DNA of 64,000 nucleotides from Octopus sinensis. Its lineage: Eukaryota. The stretch lies in NCBI RefSeq assembly GCF_006345805.1, contig NC_043013.1, positions 41,106,001 through 41,170,000 of the forward strand, read 5' to 3'. The notes beneath the pieces are model-generated. The model was not told where the DNA came from and did no database searches. It was given only the letters and a program-made list of their open reading frames with translations. The position numbers were made by a program, and so were the translations under genes. Positions 23,893 through 36,215 of the stretch are shown here, in pieces; position 1 is the stretch's first letter, and each line of letters opens with the position of its first letter.

Positions 23893-24099
23893 AGCCACAA
23901 GTCGGAACAGATATTTTCACGAGGCATTTCCGACCCTGCCAAGTTAATATCTGACCTAAAATTTTCAAATCATCGCACTCGCGCCAAATTTATCGGCAGC
24001 AAATAAATATAAGCCGTCGATTCCATTACGGAATTAACCAGAAAATTCATAATTAATCAATATAGGGTGGCAAAAAAATATCTGTTCCGACTTGTGGCT

Positions 24100-24206
24100 A
24101 TTTCTTACTGAAGAATCTGAGGGCCTATGGAAGATTGGCTTGATTTAATTTAATCAGGTTAGTTTACCATTAAACAGCAGACGAAACGGTGCATCGTATA
24201 AGAAAT
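24100..24206 (+). ncRNA. Type I hammerhead ribozyme motif with long stem II
   Basis: Stem I ATTTCTTA/TAAGAAAT (8 bp); core CTGAAGA (24108-24114); stem II TCTG/CAGA enclosing a long hairpin; GAAA (24183-24186); stem III ACGG-TGCA-TCGT; GUA cleavage triplet with the predicted cut after 24198. Caveat: A10.1 opposes C11.1. Confidence 0.75.
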
Positions 24207-24591
24207 TACAGGGTAAATGCTTTTTAAATTTTCTCCTGTTTACGGAATTGACTTTTATTTGCGGTTGAAGCTTTGGCTGTTATTTCTAGTGGGTGAATGG
24301 CCTATTATGGCCGTTCCTTGATTGTTGATATTGAACTTAAAAATGGTCTATGACTATTTAATTTTTTCCCACTAGGCCGCTGGTGGCAAAAAAATTCTAC
24401 AAAATTTTTTTTGCCACCCTATATTGATTAATTATGAATTTTCTGGTTAATTCCGTAATGGAATCGACGGCTTATATTTATTTGCTGCCGATAAATTTGG
24501 CGCGAGTGCGATGATTTGAAAATTTTAGGTCAGATATTAACTTGGCAGGGTCGGAAATGCCTCGTGAAAATATCTGTTCCGACTTGTGGCT

Positions 24592-24698
24592 ATTTCTTAC
24601 TGAAGAATCTGAGGGCCTATGGAAGATTGGCTTGATTTAATTTAATCAGGTTAGTTTACCATTAAACAGCAGACGAAACGGTGCATCGTATAAGAAAT
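24592..24698 (+). ncRNA. Type I hammerhead ribozyme motif (second plus-strand copy)
   Basis: Same sequence as 24100-24206, 492 bp downstream; predicted cut after 24690. Confidence 0.75.
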
Positions 24699-25036
24699 TA
24701 CAGGGTAAATGTTTTTTAAATTTTCTCCTGTTTACGGAATTGACTTTTATTTGCGGTTGAAGCTTTGGCTGTTATTTCTAGTGGGTGAATGGCCTATTAT
24801 GGCCGTTCCTTGATTGTTGATGTTGAACTTAAAAATGGTCTATGACTATTTAATTTTTTCCCACTAGGCCGCTGGTGGCAAAAAAATTCTACAAAATTTT
24901 TTTTGCCACCCTATATTGATTAATATATATATATATATATATATAATCACATCAAAGGGAAATGGAAATAAATTAAAATTTACCTTTCCAGTGGTCTAAT
25001 GTGTAAAGATTTAGTCAAAATGACTATATATTAGTT

Positions 25037-25163
25037 ATACGATATAGTGTATATTTAAACACATAAGAAATCCACTTATAAGAATTCTACACGGTGTTGT
25101 TTCTAGCGTGTAGAATTCATAAAAGTGGATTCCTTATGTGTTTAAATATACACTATATCGTAT
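25037..25163. repeat. Near-perfect 127-bp hairpin (57-bp arms, 13-nt loop), probable tiny MITE
   Basis: ATACGATATAGTGTATATTTAAACACATAAG...GAATTCTACACG, loop GTGTTGTTTCTAG, then CGTGTAGAATTC...CTTATGTGTTTAAATATACACTATATCGTAT with about 3 mismatches. Confidence 0.85.
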
Positions 25164-25233
25164 TGTATGTATGTATGTATGTATGTATGTATGTATGTAT
25201 GTATGTATGTATGTATGTATGCATGTATGTATG

Positions 25234-25267
<34 letters not shown>

Positions 25268-25754
25268 TGTGTCTATGTTTGTCCGTCACCACTGCTTGAC
25301 AACTAGCGTTGGTGTGTTTATGTCCCCTTAACTTAGCAGCTCGGTAAGAGGAAACGGATAGAATAAATACCAAGCTTAATAAAAAAGAAATTGAATAAGT
25401 GCTGGAGCTTCAATGCTCCAACATGGCCGCAGTCTAATGACTGATAGAAAAAAGACAAATCTGAGAGATTAGAAGATTATTCTATCTCGCCCCACTCCTC
25501 TCTCCCCCCTTCTATCTCCCCCCTTCTCTCTCCCTGGTACTTAATTTTAATAACTTGTTTGTCTGTTTTGTTAGCAGAACGAAATATTTTCGGTCAGAAT
25601 TCGCCCCAATGATTTCTTGCATTCACACACACACACACACACACGCACATTCACACATTCACACACACAGAAACATCTATACATATACATACATTCTTAC
25701 ACATACACACACACAAACACACATATATGCATATATATATATATATTCTTTTAT

Positions 25755-25995
25755 TTGTTTCAGTAATTTGACTGTGGTCATGCTGGAGCACCGCCTTTAG
25801 TCGAACAAATCGACCCAGGACTTATTCTTCGTAAGCCTTTTACTTATTCTATCGGTTTCTTTTGCCGATCCGCTACTCACAGGACTTTGGTCGGCCCGTG
25901 GCAATAGTAGAAGACACTTTCCCAAGGTGCCACGCAGTGGGACTGAACACAGAATCATGTGGTTGGTAAGCAAGCTACTTACCCCACAGCCACAT
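25755..25995 (-). mobile_element. SINE family A copy with internal deletion
   Basis: Tail, CORE-like and head modules present; linker missing. Confidence 0.8.
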
Positions 25996-26078
25996 CTGTA
26001 TATGTATATGTGTATATATATATATATAATATATATATATACATGTATATATAATATATATATATATATAATATATAT

Positions 26079-26118
<40 letters not shown>

Positions 26119-26120
26119 GT

Positions 26121-26155
<35 letters not shown>

Positions 26156-26176
26156 ATATATATATATAATATATAT

Positions 26177-26226
<50 letters not shown>

Positions 26227-26229
26227 TAT

Positions 26230-26277
<48 letters not shown>

Positions 26278-26279
26278 AT

Positions 26280-26343
<64 letters not shown>

Positions 26344-26350
26344 TACATAC
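25995..26350. repeat. (TA)n microsatellite with CATG interruptions
   Basis: Direct reading. Confidence 0.95.
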
Positions 26351-27253
26351 AGACGAGAAGACAAGCAGACAGATTGATGGAATATTTAAAACCAGATATT
26401 TCTTCTTTCTTCCAAATGTAAACTCGCAGGACTAGTCAACGAAAGCCAATATCTGTAACTTGGTTTCCGTCTTACTCAGCGCAATCAATAAATATATCGT
26501 GAATGGTTCATGAGTAAAAGCAGTGGAAGAACAATACCGAAAACCCAAAATAAACAAGAGCAAAAACAAAGAAGTGGTTTAAAAAGCAAATATATTGTGC
26601 TGTTGATTAAAGCAAGAGATATCGATGTTTCGGATAGATATCCTTTGTCAAGATGGATGGGAACAGAGAAGAAGGAACACGCCTTTCAAAGGGGAAGAAA
26701 AAGAGGAAATGGTTTTATCGAGAATACTCAGTAATGGTGGACAGGAAATAAGCGGAGTTAATGATTTCCGTTAGAAAATATCGACTCTGTGTGTTCTGTA
26801 TGTGTGTATGTATATATATATATATATGTGTGTGTGTGTTGTGTGTGTGTGTGTGTGTGTGTGTCTAAGAATATTTTAACTGAAAATTTTGTTTGCACGG
26901 TGCTCCTTTCTTCTTAATGACAGATCCACTCTGGTGCTAATCAAACAGGTTTCTTTTCAGAAGCTTGTAACCGTGACTATTCCTGAGAATACTAAAATTT
27001 AATGATTATTTCTAAAATAGCTGGTAATAAGTGCAGGAGTGACTGTGTAGTAAGAGGCTTGCTTCCCAACCTCAAAGGTTGTGGTTCAATCCCACTGCGT
27101 GGCACCTTGTTTAGATACGTTACAAATAAATATGCAAATATACGTTCCAGATATCTCTGTAGACTATACAAAGAACAATTATATATATGTGTATGTACAT
27201 ACACACGCACACACATACACACGCACACACACGCACACACACACACACACCTA

Positions 27254-27413
27254 GGTGTAGGTGTGGCTGTGTGGTAAGAAGCTTGCTTCCCAACTACATG
27301 GTTCCAGGTTCAGTCCCACTGCATAGCATCTTCGGCAAGTATCTTCCGCTATAGCCTCTGTCTGAGCAAAGACTTGTGAGTGGGTTTGGTAGACGGAAAC
27401 TGAAAGAAGCCCG

Positions 27414-27483
<70 letters not shown>

Positions 27484-27707
27484 TTTGTCTGTGTTTGTGC
27501 CACCATCAGCGCTTGACAACCGGTGTTGGCGTGTTACGTCCCTGTAACTTAGCGGTTCGGCAAATGACTTTCGATAGTATAAGTACCAGACTAAAGAAAT
27601 AAGTCCCGGGGTCGATTTGATCGACGAAACATCTCTTGAAGGCGGTGCTCCAGCATGGCCACTGTCAGGTGACTAAAATATGTAAAAGTATAAAAGAATA
27701 AAAGAAT
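27254..27707 (+). mobile_element. SINE family A, full length
   Basis: GTGTGGCTGTGTGGTAAGAAGCTTGCTTCC...GGTTCAGTCCCACTGC...AGGCGGTGCTCCAGCATGGCC...(AAAAGAAT) tail. Confidence 0.9.
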
Positions 27708-27720
27708 ATATACACACACG

Positions 27721-27812
27721 TATAGCGGGGTTGTTAAAAGTTCCTTGATCCGGGTAAAAGAAAATACAGGAGGATCAGTTTATCCTGATTTCATTCAACA
27801 TATTCCTCTCAC
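27721..27812 (-). mobile_element. Mariner terminal fragment
   Basis: GGGGTTGTTAAAAGTTCC...AGGATCAGTT..TTCATTCAACATATTCCTCTC; the minus strand ends in a EYVE*-like motif typical of mariner 3' ends. Confidence 0.5.
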
Positions 27813-27830
27813 ATTTATATATACATATAT

Positions 27831-27886
<56 letters not shown>

Positions 27887-27891
27887 TATAC

Positions 27892-27964
<73 letters not shown>

Positions 27965-28429
27965 ATATATTATATATTATATATATATATATACAGACAT
28001 ACATACAGACAGACAGACAGACAGACAGATATGCAGTCTGAAGTAAGACAATACTGCAGGAAGCTCGTGACAAGCATGACTTGATTACAAAAAAGCATTA
28101 GATTTTGTTACTTACTAATGGTAACTAGACTGAATGCAATTGGCAAAAATACCCGCTGACCTATTTACTGTCGTTGAAAGTTTCACAAAGATCTAATCAA
28201 CAATTTTCACTATTCTTAATTGAAAGCAGAATGATCGTCTACGGTATTTCATGTCTTTAAAAAAACCCCCAAAAAATGCTTTTATTTACTAAATTTTGGC
28301 TCTAAATTTACGGTAATTTCTTTTAACAAAAATCCAGCATCTACTATCAGGGTCTATCTACTAATCTACTACACTATGTTTCACCATTATAACTCACAAT
28401 TTGCGAACGATCTAAACATTTACACCCGG

Positions 28430-28620
28430 AAATATGTATAAAACGGAGTAAGAGTCCACGAAAAAAACAAAAGTCGAAGACAGGTGGTGTACAAAACAAA
28501 CAGATGTATTAGTATAACGCTCAGGAATAGAAAAAGTCTTTTGCGTTTCGAGCATACGCTCTTCTACAGAAAGGAACGCAGAAAAAACAAGGAGAGAAAC
28601 AAGGAGAAGTGTATATTCAG
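28430..28620 (-). mobile_element. Penelope-like tail repeat carrying a variant hammerhead (28538-28573)
   Basis: Minus strand CUUU CUGUAGA A GAGC GUAU GCUC GAAAC GCA AAAG; shares ACGCTCAGGAA...GTTTCGAGC..GCTCTTC with 37665-37865 and 49700-49900. Confidence 0.6.
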
Positions 28621-28670
28621 ATTTAGCTAAATAGCAATTTGATCTTCTGCTTAAAATATATGCATATATA

Positions 28671-28735
<65 letters not shown>

Positions 28736-29112
28736 TATATGTCCAAAAAGCGTGATGCCTAAACCAATCAGCTCAACCAACCAATCGGCTTAAGTAATTG
28801 AGTGATACTACACACTGATTGGTCAGATACAGTTTGCAAAACCTAGCACCCTGGAGCCTACCCAGCTGTATTTATAGCACAGAATCATCGTCTTGCTACA
28901 GTCAAAATTGTGAAGCATGACTGTCAACACTACTACATGAACCCGAAGATTGCAGAATTCAATGCATGAAAGTACTAGTTCAATCAGAATGAACATTAAC
29001 ATTCTACTATTTCATTTTATTTTATTCAATTATAATATATTATAATATCATTATAAGATTGTAAATAAAACGTGAAAATCAGACAAGGTGGAATTCTTTT
29101 TATTAATATATA

Positions 29113-29175
<63 letters not shown>

Positions 29176-29221
29176 GGAATATCCACCATGATAGATCGTT
29201 AGCCACTACATACACTATTTG

Positions 29222-29261
<40 letters not shown>

Positions 29262-29588
29262 TAATATATATGTATGTTATGTATGTATGTATGTATGTAT
29301 GTATGTATGTATGTATTATGTTTTTTCTCATTGTGATTTGTTAAGTGTTTTTCTTCCATTGCTGAATTCAAGCCGGTCACTAACGAAGTAGCAAGGTTCT
29401 TTTGTGTCAATCAAAACCAGATCACATGATCTGTGGTTGTCTAAAGTGGATCGCGTATGCATGCATCCATGTGTGTGTATGTGCGCGTGTGTGTGTGTGT
29501 GGATAAACTTGCACTTGTGCAGTGGTTGTGTGCCTGTATATATATATATATATATATATATACTAGCATTAAATATATATATATATAT

Positions 29589-30612
29589 ACTAGCATTAAA
29601 GACCCGTCGTTGCCGGGTCATAGTGCTAGTGCATGTATATATGAGTATATATATATGTGTATATATTACATGTACATCTATATATATACATCTATACATA
29701 AAATACAAAATACAAAGTTATATCTTGATATCGCTAGTGATAACAATACTCAAAATATATAACAGACTGGAATTGTTAGCCCGTCTCTTGTAATTTCGAT
29801 CAATTGTATCTTGTCCTCCCTCTTGTATAGAAGTGTGGCTACAATCCAGCCTACCTCTACTTCGGGGGTGGGGTGGGGGGCATTAAAAATTTTTTTCCGG
29901 GACATCCTACGTCCCAGATATAAAGGTAAAAATAAAATATTTCCACTTTGCAAGTTCGAGTCGAGTACTCCCTTGCACGCTTCGTTGACTCGAACCTTGC
30001 TTCTATTGTGGCGAGTTTACCGCCTCTGATTAGATATCTTTCATGGTCCCACCAAGGCACTTTTCGAAGGTGCTTTTCTCCACGTGTTCAAATATTCTTT
30101 TTTCTCTACATTGTATACTTTATAGACAATAGTTTTTTCTTTAATTTAATTTTTTATTATCCATATGGACTATTCCATTTCTGCACGCTAATTCTATTTT
30201 TAATTTATTCCCATTCATGTGAAACCACTTATTCAAGTTCAAGTCATTGATGCAATTTTATACCAATTGCTATTTTTACTTTTGTTATGTTACGATTATA
30301 TTATACTTTAGTTTGATTTTAATTATTAATTACTACATATAATTCAATTGTTATTATTATTTTTATTGTTAAAATGAAAGTATCTGACATAAAATAGAGA
30401 AATGTTTTTGTTTCACTTTTAACACGTAATACTGAAATAGTGGAGAAGATATGATATTGCTATGGGCTCGTTCTAGGCAAGAAGTTGAACATTTTTTTTG
30501 TCCATGAAACTACATTGACCCTAAATAAGGCATGTGTAAAATTTGAATGAAATTGGTTGTGTAGTTCTCAAGTTTTAGGGAAACACACAGACAGACACAT
30601 TCTCAGTTTTAT
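29589..30612 (+). mobile_element. Helitron/Helentron-like non-autonomous element, interrupted by microsatellite
   Basis: ACTAGCATTAAAGACCCGTCGTTGCCGGG start; AAATTTGAATGAAATTGG...ACAGACAGACACATTCTCAGTTTTATATATAT end, parallel to 20227-20613. Confidence 0.5.
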
Positions 30613-31564
30613 ATATATATATATATATATATACATATATGTGTGTATGTGTGTGTGTGTGTGTGTGTGTATTTATATATGGGTATGTATATATGTACAC
30701 TTGCCCATATGTGTGCTTGCATGTATGAATATGTATGTAGTATGTACATATGTATGCATGTATGTTTGTACGTGTGTGTATGTATGTATGTATTTATACT
30801 ACGATGGCATGAGAAAAAAAGCCGAGGTAAATTCGGTGAAACTCTTTTCTGTTAGGGACACATTGGGGTACTTTAATCCGGTTAATAGATTCACAATGAG
30901 GAATATATACCCCACTTAACAATGTGTATACCTCAATCTAATGTCTTATTAGAAATTGTCACTATTTTCACACCAGATCAGCAGAAAGTTATCGGAAATA
31001 TATCTCATTGCGGTACATATATGTAAGTTACCATTCAGACGCGTACGTACACATACACAGACACACACGCACAAATACACACACACACATACACTCACAC
31101 ACATTAATGTCTGCATGACCGCCTACACCCCCTACCACCACCACCACAACCACCACCATCACCATAAACCACCACCACTATCACCCCCACCTACCCCATC
31201 ACCACCCCACCGCCACCAGCAACAACAGCAGTAGAAAGATCGCAGAAGATTACATACTCACTTGACTGGCAAAACGCTCCCAAATCTCTTAGGCACACCC
31301 ACTCAACCGTTTTAAAACAAGGACACTCCGGTCGATGTGATTTTAGATAAACGGTGTTTAAAAATACAAACAAAAAAAAAACACTGGATTGCCACGGTTG
31401 GAATGCCTTTTGATCATAGATCTGCTTAACCAGTAAAGACTTGGGGATTATAAATAACGACGCCCTTACAGCGAAAAGGAACTGTTTCTTAACCACTGGA
31501 CTGGCTAGAAAAAGCAGCCAAATCGCATTCAAATCGCATCCTATTGTCTAAATAACGACGGATA

Positions 31565-31962
31565 GGCGTAGGAGTGGCTGTGTGGTAAGTAGCTTGCTTA
31601 CGGACCACATGGTTCCGGGTTCAGTCCCGCTGCGTGGCACCTTGGGCAAGTGTCTTCTACTATAGCCTCGGGCCGACCAAAGCCTTGTGAGTGGATTTGG
31701 TAGAGGAAACTGAAAGAAGCCCATCGTATATATGTATATATATGTGTGTATGTTTGTGTGTCTGTGTTTGTCCCCTCAACATCGCTTGACAACCGATGCT
31801 GGTGTGTTTACGTTCCCGTAACTTAGCGGTTCGGCAAAAGAGACCGATAGAATAAGTACTAGGCTTACAAAGAATAAGTCCTGGGGTCGATTTGCTCGAC
31901 TAAAAGGCGGTGCTCCAGCATGGCCACAATGACATGACTGAAACAAGTAAAAGAGTAAAGAG
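31565..31962 (+). mobile_element. SINE family A, full length
   Basis: A box GTGGCTGTGTGG, B box GGTTCAGTCCC, CORE-like GGCACCTTGGGCAAGTGTCTTCTACTATAGCC, tail GGCGGTGCTCCAGCATGGCC...TGACTGAAACAAGTAAAAGAGT. Confidence 0.92.
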
Positions 31963-32419
31963 TATAATGTTCTCCTCCATTCGCCAGGAAAACGGATAAT
32001 CACAGCTAGAATACCTTTGATCATATGTTTGTTCACTCTGAGTGACCTGTGGTTAAACTACAACAACAACAACAGAACCATTAGAAAGGGCAGCTAAATC
32101 TACCTAAATTACAGTTGATCATCTTGAAAAGGGAAGAACACACCTGATAGTGTAATCCCTAGAAAGCCCTAAAATGACAGGATTGACACGATTGGAACGC
32201 TTTTGATCTCAAATCGGTACGATTAGATTCTACTTGCTCTCTTTAACACAACTAGCCCGAGGGTGCCTCTACGAGTTCATAATAGCAGCCAAATTTACCA
32301 TAAATGACTGCCTGAAAGACATATTGGAAAAGGTTCTAGATGAAATGTCTGAAAGTAACTCAGCTGTGTTGTTTTCCCGGCGGGATTTGATTTTAGACTA
32401 CAAAGAGGTACAACTAAAT

Positions 32420-32795
32420 AAATATTCTTTTCTACTCTAGACACAAAGCCCGAAATTTGGAGGAGGGAGCCAGTCGATGAGATCGAAGCCAGTACGCAAC
32501 TGGTACTTAATTTATCGACCCCGAAAATATGAAAGGCAAAGTCGACCTCGGTGGAATATGAACTCAGAACGTAAAAACAGACGAAATACCTATTTCTTTA
32601 CTACCCACAAAGGACTAAACACAGAGGGGACAAACAAAGACAGACAAACGGATTAAGTCGATTACATCGACCCCAGTGCGTAACTGGTGCTTAATTTATC
32701 GACCCCGAAAGGATGAAAGGCAAAGTCGACCTCGGTGGAATTTGAACTCAGAACGTAAAAACAAACAAAATACCGCTAAGAATTTCGTCCGACGG
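32420..32795 (-). mobile_element. SINE family C, long form
   Basis: Same duplicated-body structure as 19545-19965. Confidence 0.85.
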
Positions 32796-33459
32796 TGAAA
32801 TTTTTATTCCCATGATGGTTCCGGACCTCAGTTATGAACTCATTTGCATACAGCCAATCAAAACTCAACTATCAAACTAATTTATGAGCGCATAGCAAGT
32901 GATGGGCGATAAGATAAGGTCACTTGGATGAGGAATGACCATGCTTCTTTTCACATTGAAGAATGCTTGTTGTTCTTGTTCTTGTTTCAACCATTGCTGC
33001 CTCTGCGTAGTTATTTGTGTTGTTGCTTACTTTGTAAAACAGTAAGCGGTGAGGGTTGCTAGCACATCACCCTCTACGCATAATTTTTTTCCCACCCACA
33101 TCTTTACCATATGGGGCCCAAGCAAAATCCGATAATAGGTATAGATGCAAATCTATCTTATTACTTGTCTCCTAAAATCAGGCGTAACTTAGCGATCGGT
33201 CGATTTACAACACCGTTCCTCGTCATGAGTTTATTTGGTAGAGTATGTTTGTTAACTCGACAACAAAGTCAAGGTGAGCTCTGATTGGCTGTTTGCAAAT
33301 GAGTTCATTACTGGGATCCGGAACTCTCGTGGGAAGCAATGTGCTAACATTTCTGCCAGGCGGTGTCCCTGCATGGCCGCAGACTATCGACTGAAACAAG
33401 TAAGAGATAATATATATATATATATATATAATATATATATATGTGTGTGTGTGTGTGTG

Positions 33460-33490
<31 letters not shown>

Positions 33491-33685
33491 GTCGTGTGTG
33501 TGTGTGTTGTGTGTGTGTGTGTGTATAAACTTACTATTAACAACAGTCGAGATGCGTGGAGTTCAGTTACTCAATAAATGGAAGATACGTTAAATACTAG
33601 AAACCATACACGTAGGTCAGACACAGAAGGACCCTAATTCTTCATCAGTTATCGACAAAAATGATAATACACAGTTTCATGGCTT

Positions 33686-34234
33686 TGTAACGAACTTAGT
33701 GTGAATATCTTCTCTGGACCTTTTGGGGGTGCGAGAAGCAATCACTTTCCGTTGCTTTAATAATCCAGATTCTCAACCAGTCAGAAACAACAAGACGCAG
33801 ACGTAAATAATATATATCTACTTTATTCTCTTATGTGGTAACAGATAATTGGTGTATCTGGCATCCCTTTGGTATAGATGTGTCTCAGCTGAACCTTATC
33901 GCTGTAAAATAAGAAAGTGTTCAAATGCAAAACGACACTTGTCAAAGATGGCGTCCGGAGAAAGGAAGATGATGTAGTCTGCAACAATTTGGTTAAAATC
34001 TTCAGCCGACTGCTATCAAATACGGACAGAGAGAATATACGTGTTGTACCTTCGATAGTCATGTCTCAAGTCGCTGCCGACTGCTGCTAGTGGTCAAACG
34101 TTCTACGATCCCCTTGCCTCGGCTAACTGCCACGTAGGCAAATGGTCCTACTTCCGGTGGTGAAAGCACCAACCCCGCACGCGCGAAACAGGAATGGACG
34201 GTGCGCGCGCGCGCCGCTGTATAGCGTCACTACA
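33686..34234 (-). mobile_element. Solo LTR (549 bp) with 4-bp TSD GCTT
   Basis: Begins TGTAAC (33686) and ends ACTACA (34234); GCTT at 33682-33685 and 34235-34238; AATAAA on the minus strand at 33822-33827; no internal coding sequence. Confidence 0.8.
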
Positions 34235-34871
34235 GCTTTAACGATAAGACCGAGAACTTCGTATATCGGCGAGGGTGAACGTACGAAAGTAAACAAATGT
34301 AATTTGAAACGATGTCTTCGTCTATCGTTTCAAAAAGCGTCTAACAATTGCGGTGCAATCACTAAATCTTGATTTCTACTTCCTTGAGCTGTAGTTTCTA
34401 AACATTTCTGTATTTTAAAATTTCCAAATAGCACTCTTTAACCCAGAAAACATAAAGGTAGTACGTTTTCCCACATACCCACAAATTATTTAGATTAAAA
34501 TATTCATTATTATTATTGTAGACAATTGTAAGTAATCATTAACCACGTTTCAGATTACGAGTTTATTGATATTCAATCTTCAAATTCCTTTATTATATAA
34601 ACTGTTCAATTCGATTATTGGAGTTTATCCAAATTCTGTATCAACTATATTTTTTCGATAAACAAATAATAATGAATTTTAACTGTAAACAAAATTTTTA
34701 AAAGTATATATGATAGAAATGTAAAAATGGGAATTATGATGGATTACTGTTAGATTACATTTTAATTTTATTACTAGACAAATAATGAAACAGTTTTATT
34801 TAAATGGACATGAAGAAAGAAGGAAAGAAATATTAAGTAATTTAGAGTTTGGCAACTGACTGATTTTAACT

Positions 34872-35354
34872 AGCACTCCGTTGGCTATGTCTACGAAGGT
34901 CCCAATTGATCCGATCAGCGGAACACTCTGTACATGAAATGAACGTACAAGTGGCTGAACACTCAGCAGTTACTCGTACCTTTAACGTAGTTCTCAGGGA
35001 GTTTCACCAAGACGTAGAATGTGGTGAGGCTGGCCTTTTGGATTTCATTGTTGTTTGTTCCTTCTCGAGCCATCCCTGGTTCATAAGGGCCGGTTTCCCG
35101 GTTTCCTTGGCGTATAGGTTCCCCACCTGGACGGGACGCCGGTCCGTCGCAGGTGAGCTGCAAGATGCAGGAGGAGAGAGTAAGAGAAAGTTGTGGCGAA
35201 AGAGTCAGAAGAAGTTCCCCATTACCTTCTGCCGGAGCCGCGTGGAGCTTAGGTGTTTCGCTCATAAACACACACACCGCCCGGTCTGAGATTCGAACCG
35301 GCGATCCCTCGACCGCGAGTCCACTGCTCTAACCACTAGGCCATGTGCCTCCAC
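34872..35354 (-). mobile_element. SINE family B, subfamily with longer middle
   Basis: Head CCGGTCTGAGATTCGAACC...CTAACCACTAGGCCATGTGCCTCCAC; tail GTGGCTGAACACTC...GCACTCCG. Confidence 0.8.
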
Positions 35355-35979
35355 TTTTGGATTTCATGCATAGCTCATTTTTGCCAGATGAAAGCACTGG
35401 AGCACCGTGAAATAAACCGTCTTGTTCAAGAACATAACATGCAGCTGGGAATCGGACTCACGGTCTTGCGATTGTGAGTTGAATACCCCTGACCATTAAG
35501 CTTTCACTGGACTGATGTGGCTAAAACGCAAGAAATAGCACAATTCTTGAAGAAGAATAGAGAAGTTCAATCTGAAGAATATGCAAAACAATGGTCCTGC
35601 AATTCAATGGTTTTCATCGATAGCAAATGTTGTTATTATTAGTCCGATCAAGCGTAATTAAGAAATTATAGACTGTTCCAAATCCAACATCTGAAACAGA
35701 ACAATCTCTATTAATTGAGAATTGAATGAAGACATTATTAGTGAATGGCCTTTCCCGATGGCTCTTGATATGGGTGATTATTGAGCGAAAAGGAGAGCAA
35801 CACAATACACAAGGATTTGGATTCAATGAAACGCAATGGATTTGAAGATTTCAGTGAATTCTAAGAGAGAAAGTCAATTGATGGTTAAACTATTAGAAGG
35901 AAGTGGTTATGCTATTCAAAATCTACGGCTGGAATTTACTGCTTTCAATGTAAGCTGTTTAATCCTCTCCAACGGTTTT

Positions 35980-36215
<236 letters not shown>

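Larger units (their letters stand above)
23661..24924. repeat. Young 492-bp tandem array with fold-back inversion (retrozyme-like): about 0.85 unit on minus plus about 1.7 units on plus
   Basis: TCTGTTCCGACTTGTGG at 24081 and 24573 gives period 492; 23661-24078 is the reverse complement of about 24407-24824; copies differ at only a few positions; flanked by (TA)n. Confidence 0.95.

Noticed and set aside
28750-28900. CCAAT/ATTGG boxes followed by TATTTATA (promoter-like)
   Set aside because: Short motifs expected by chance in AT-rich DNA; no downstream exon or ORF identified.
33630-33660. Minus-strand CTGATGAAG near the solo LTR
   Set aside because: No downstream GAAA or stems; at best a destroyed motif.
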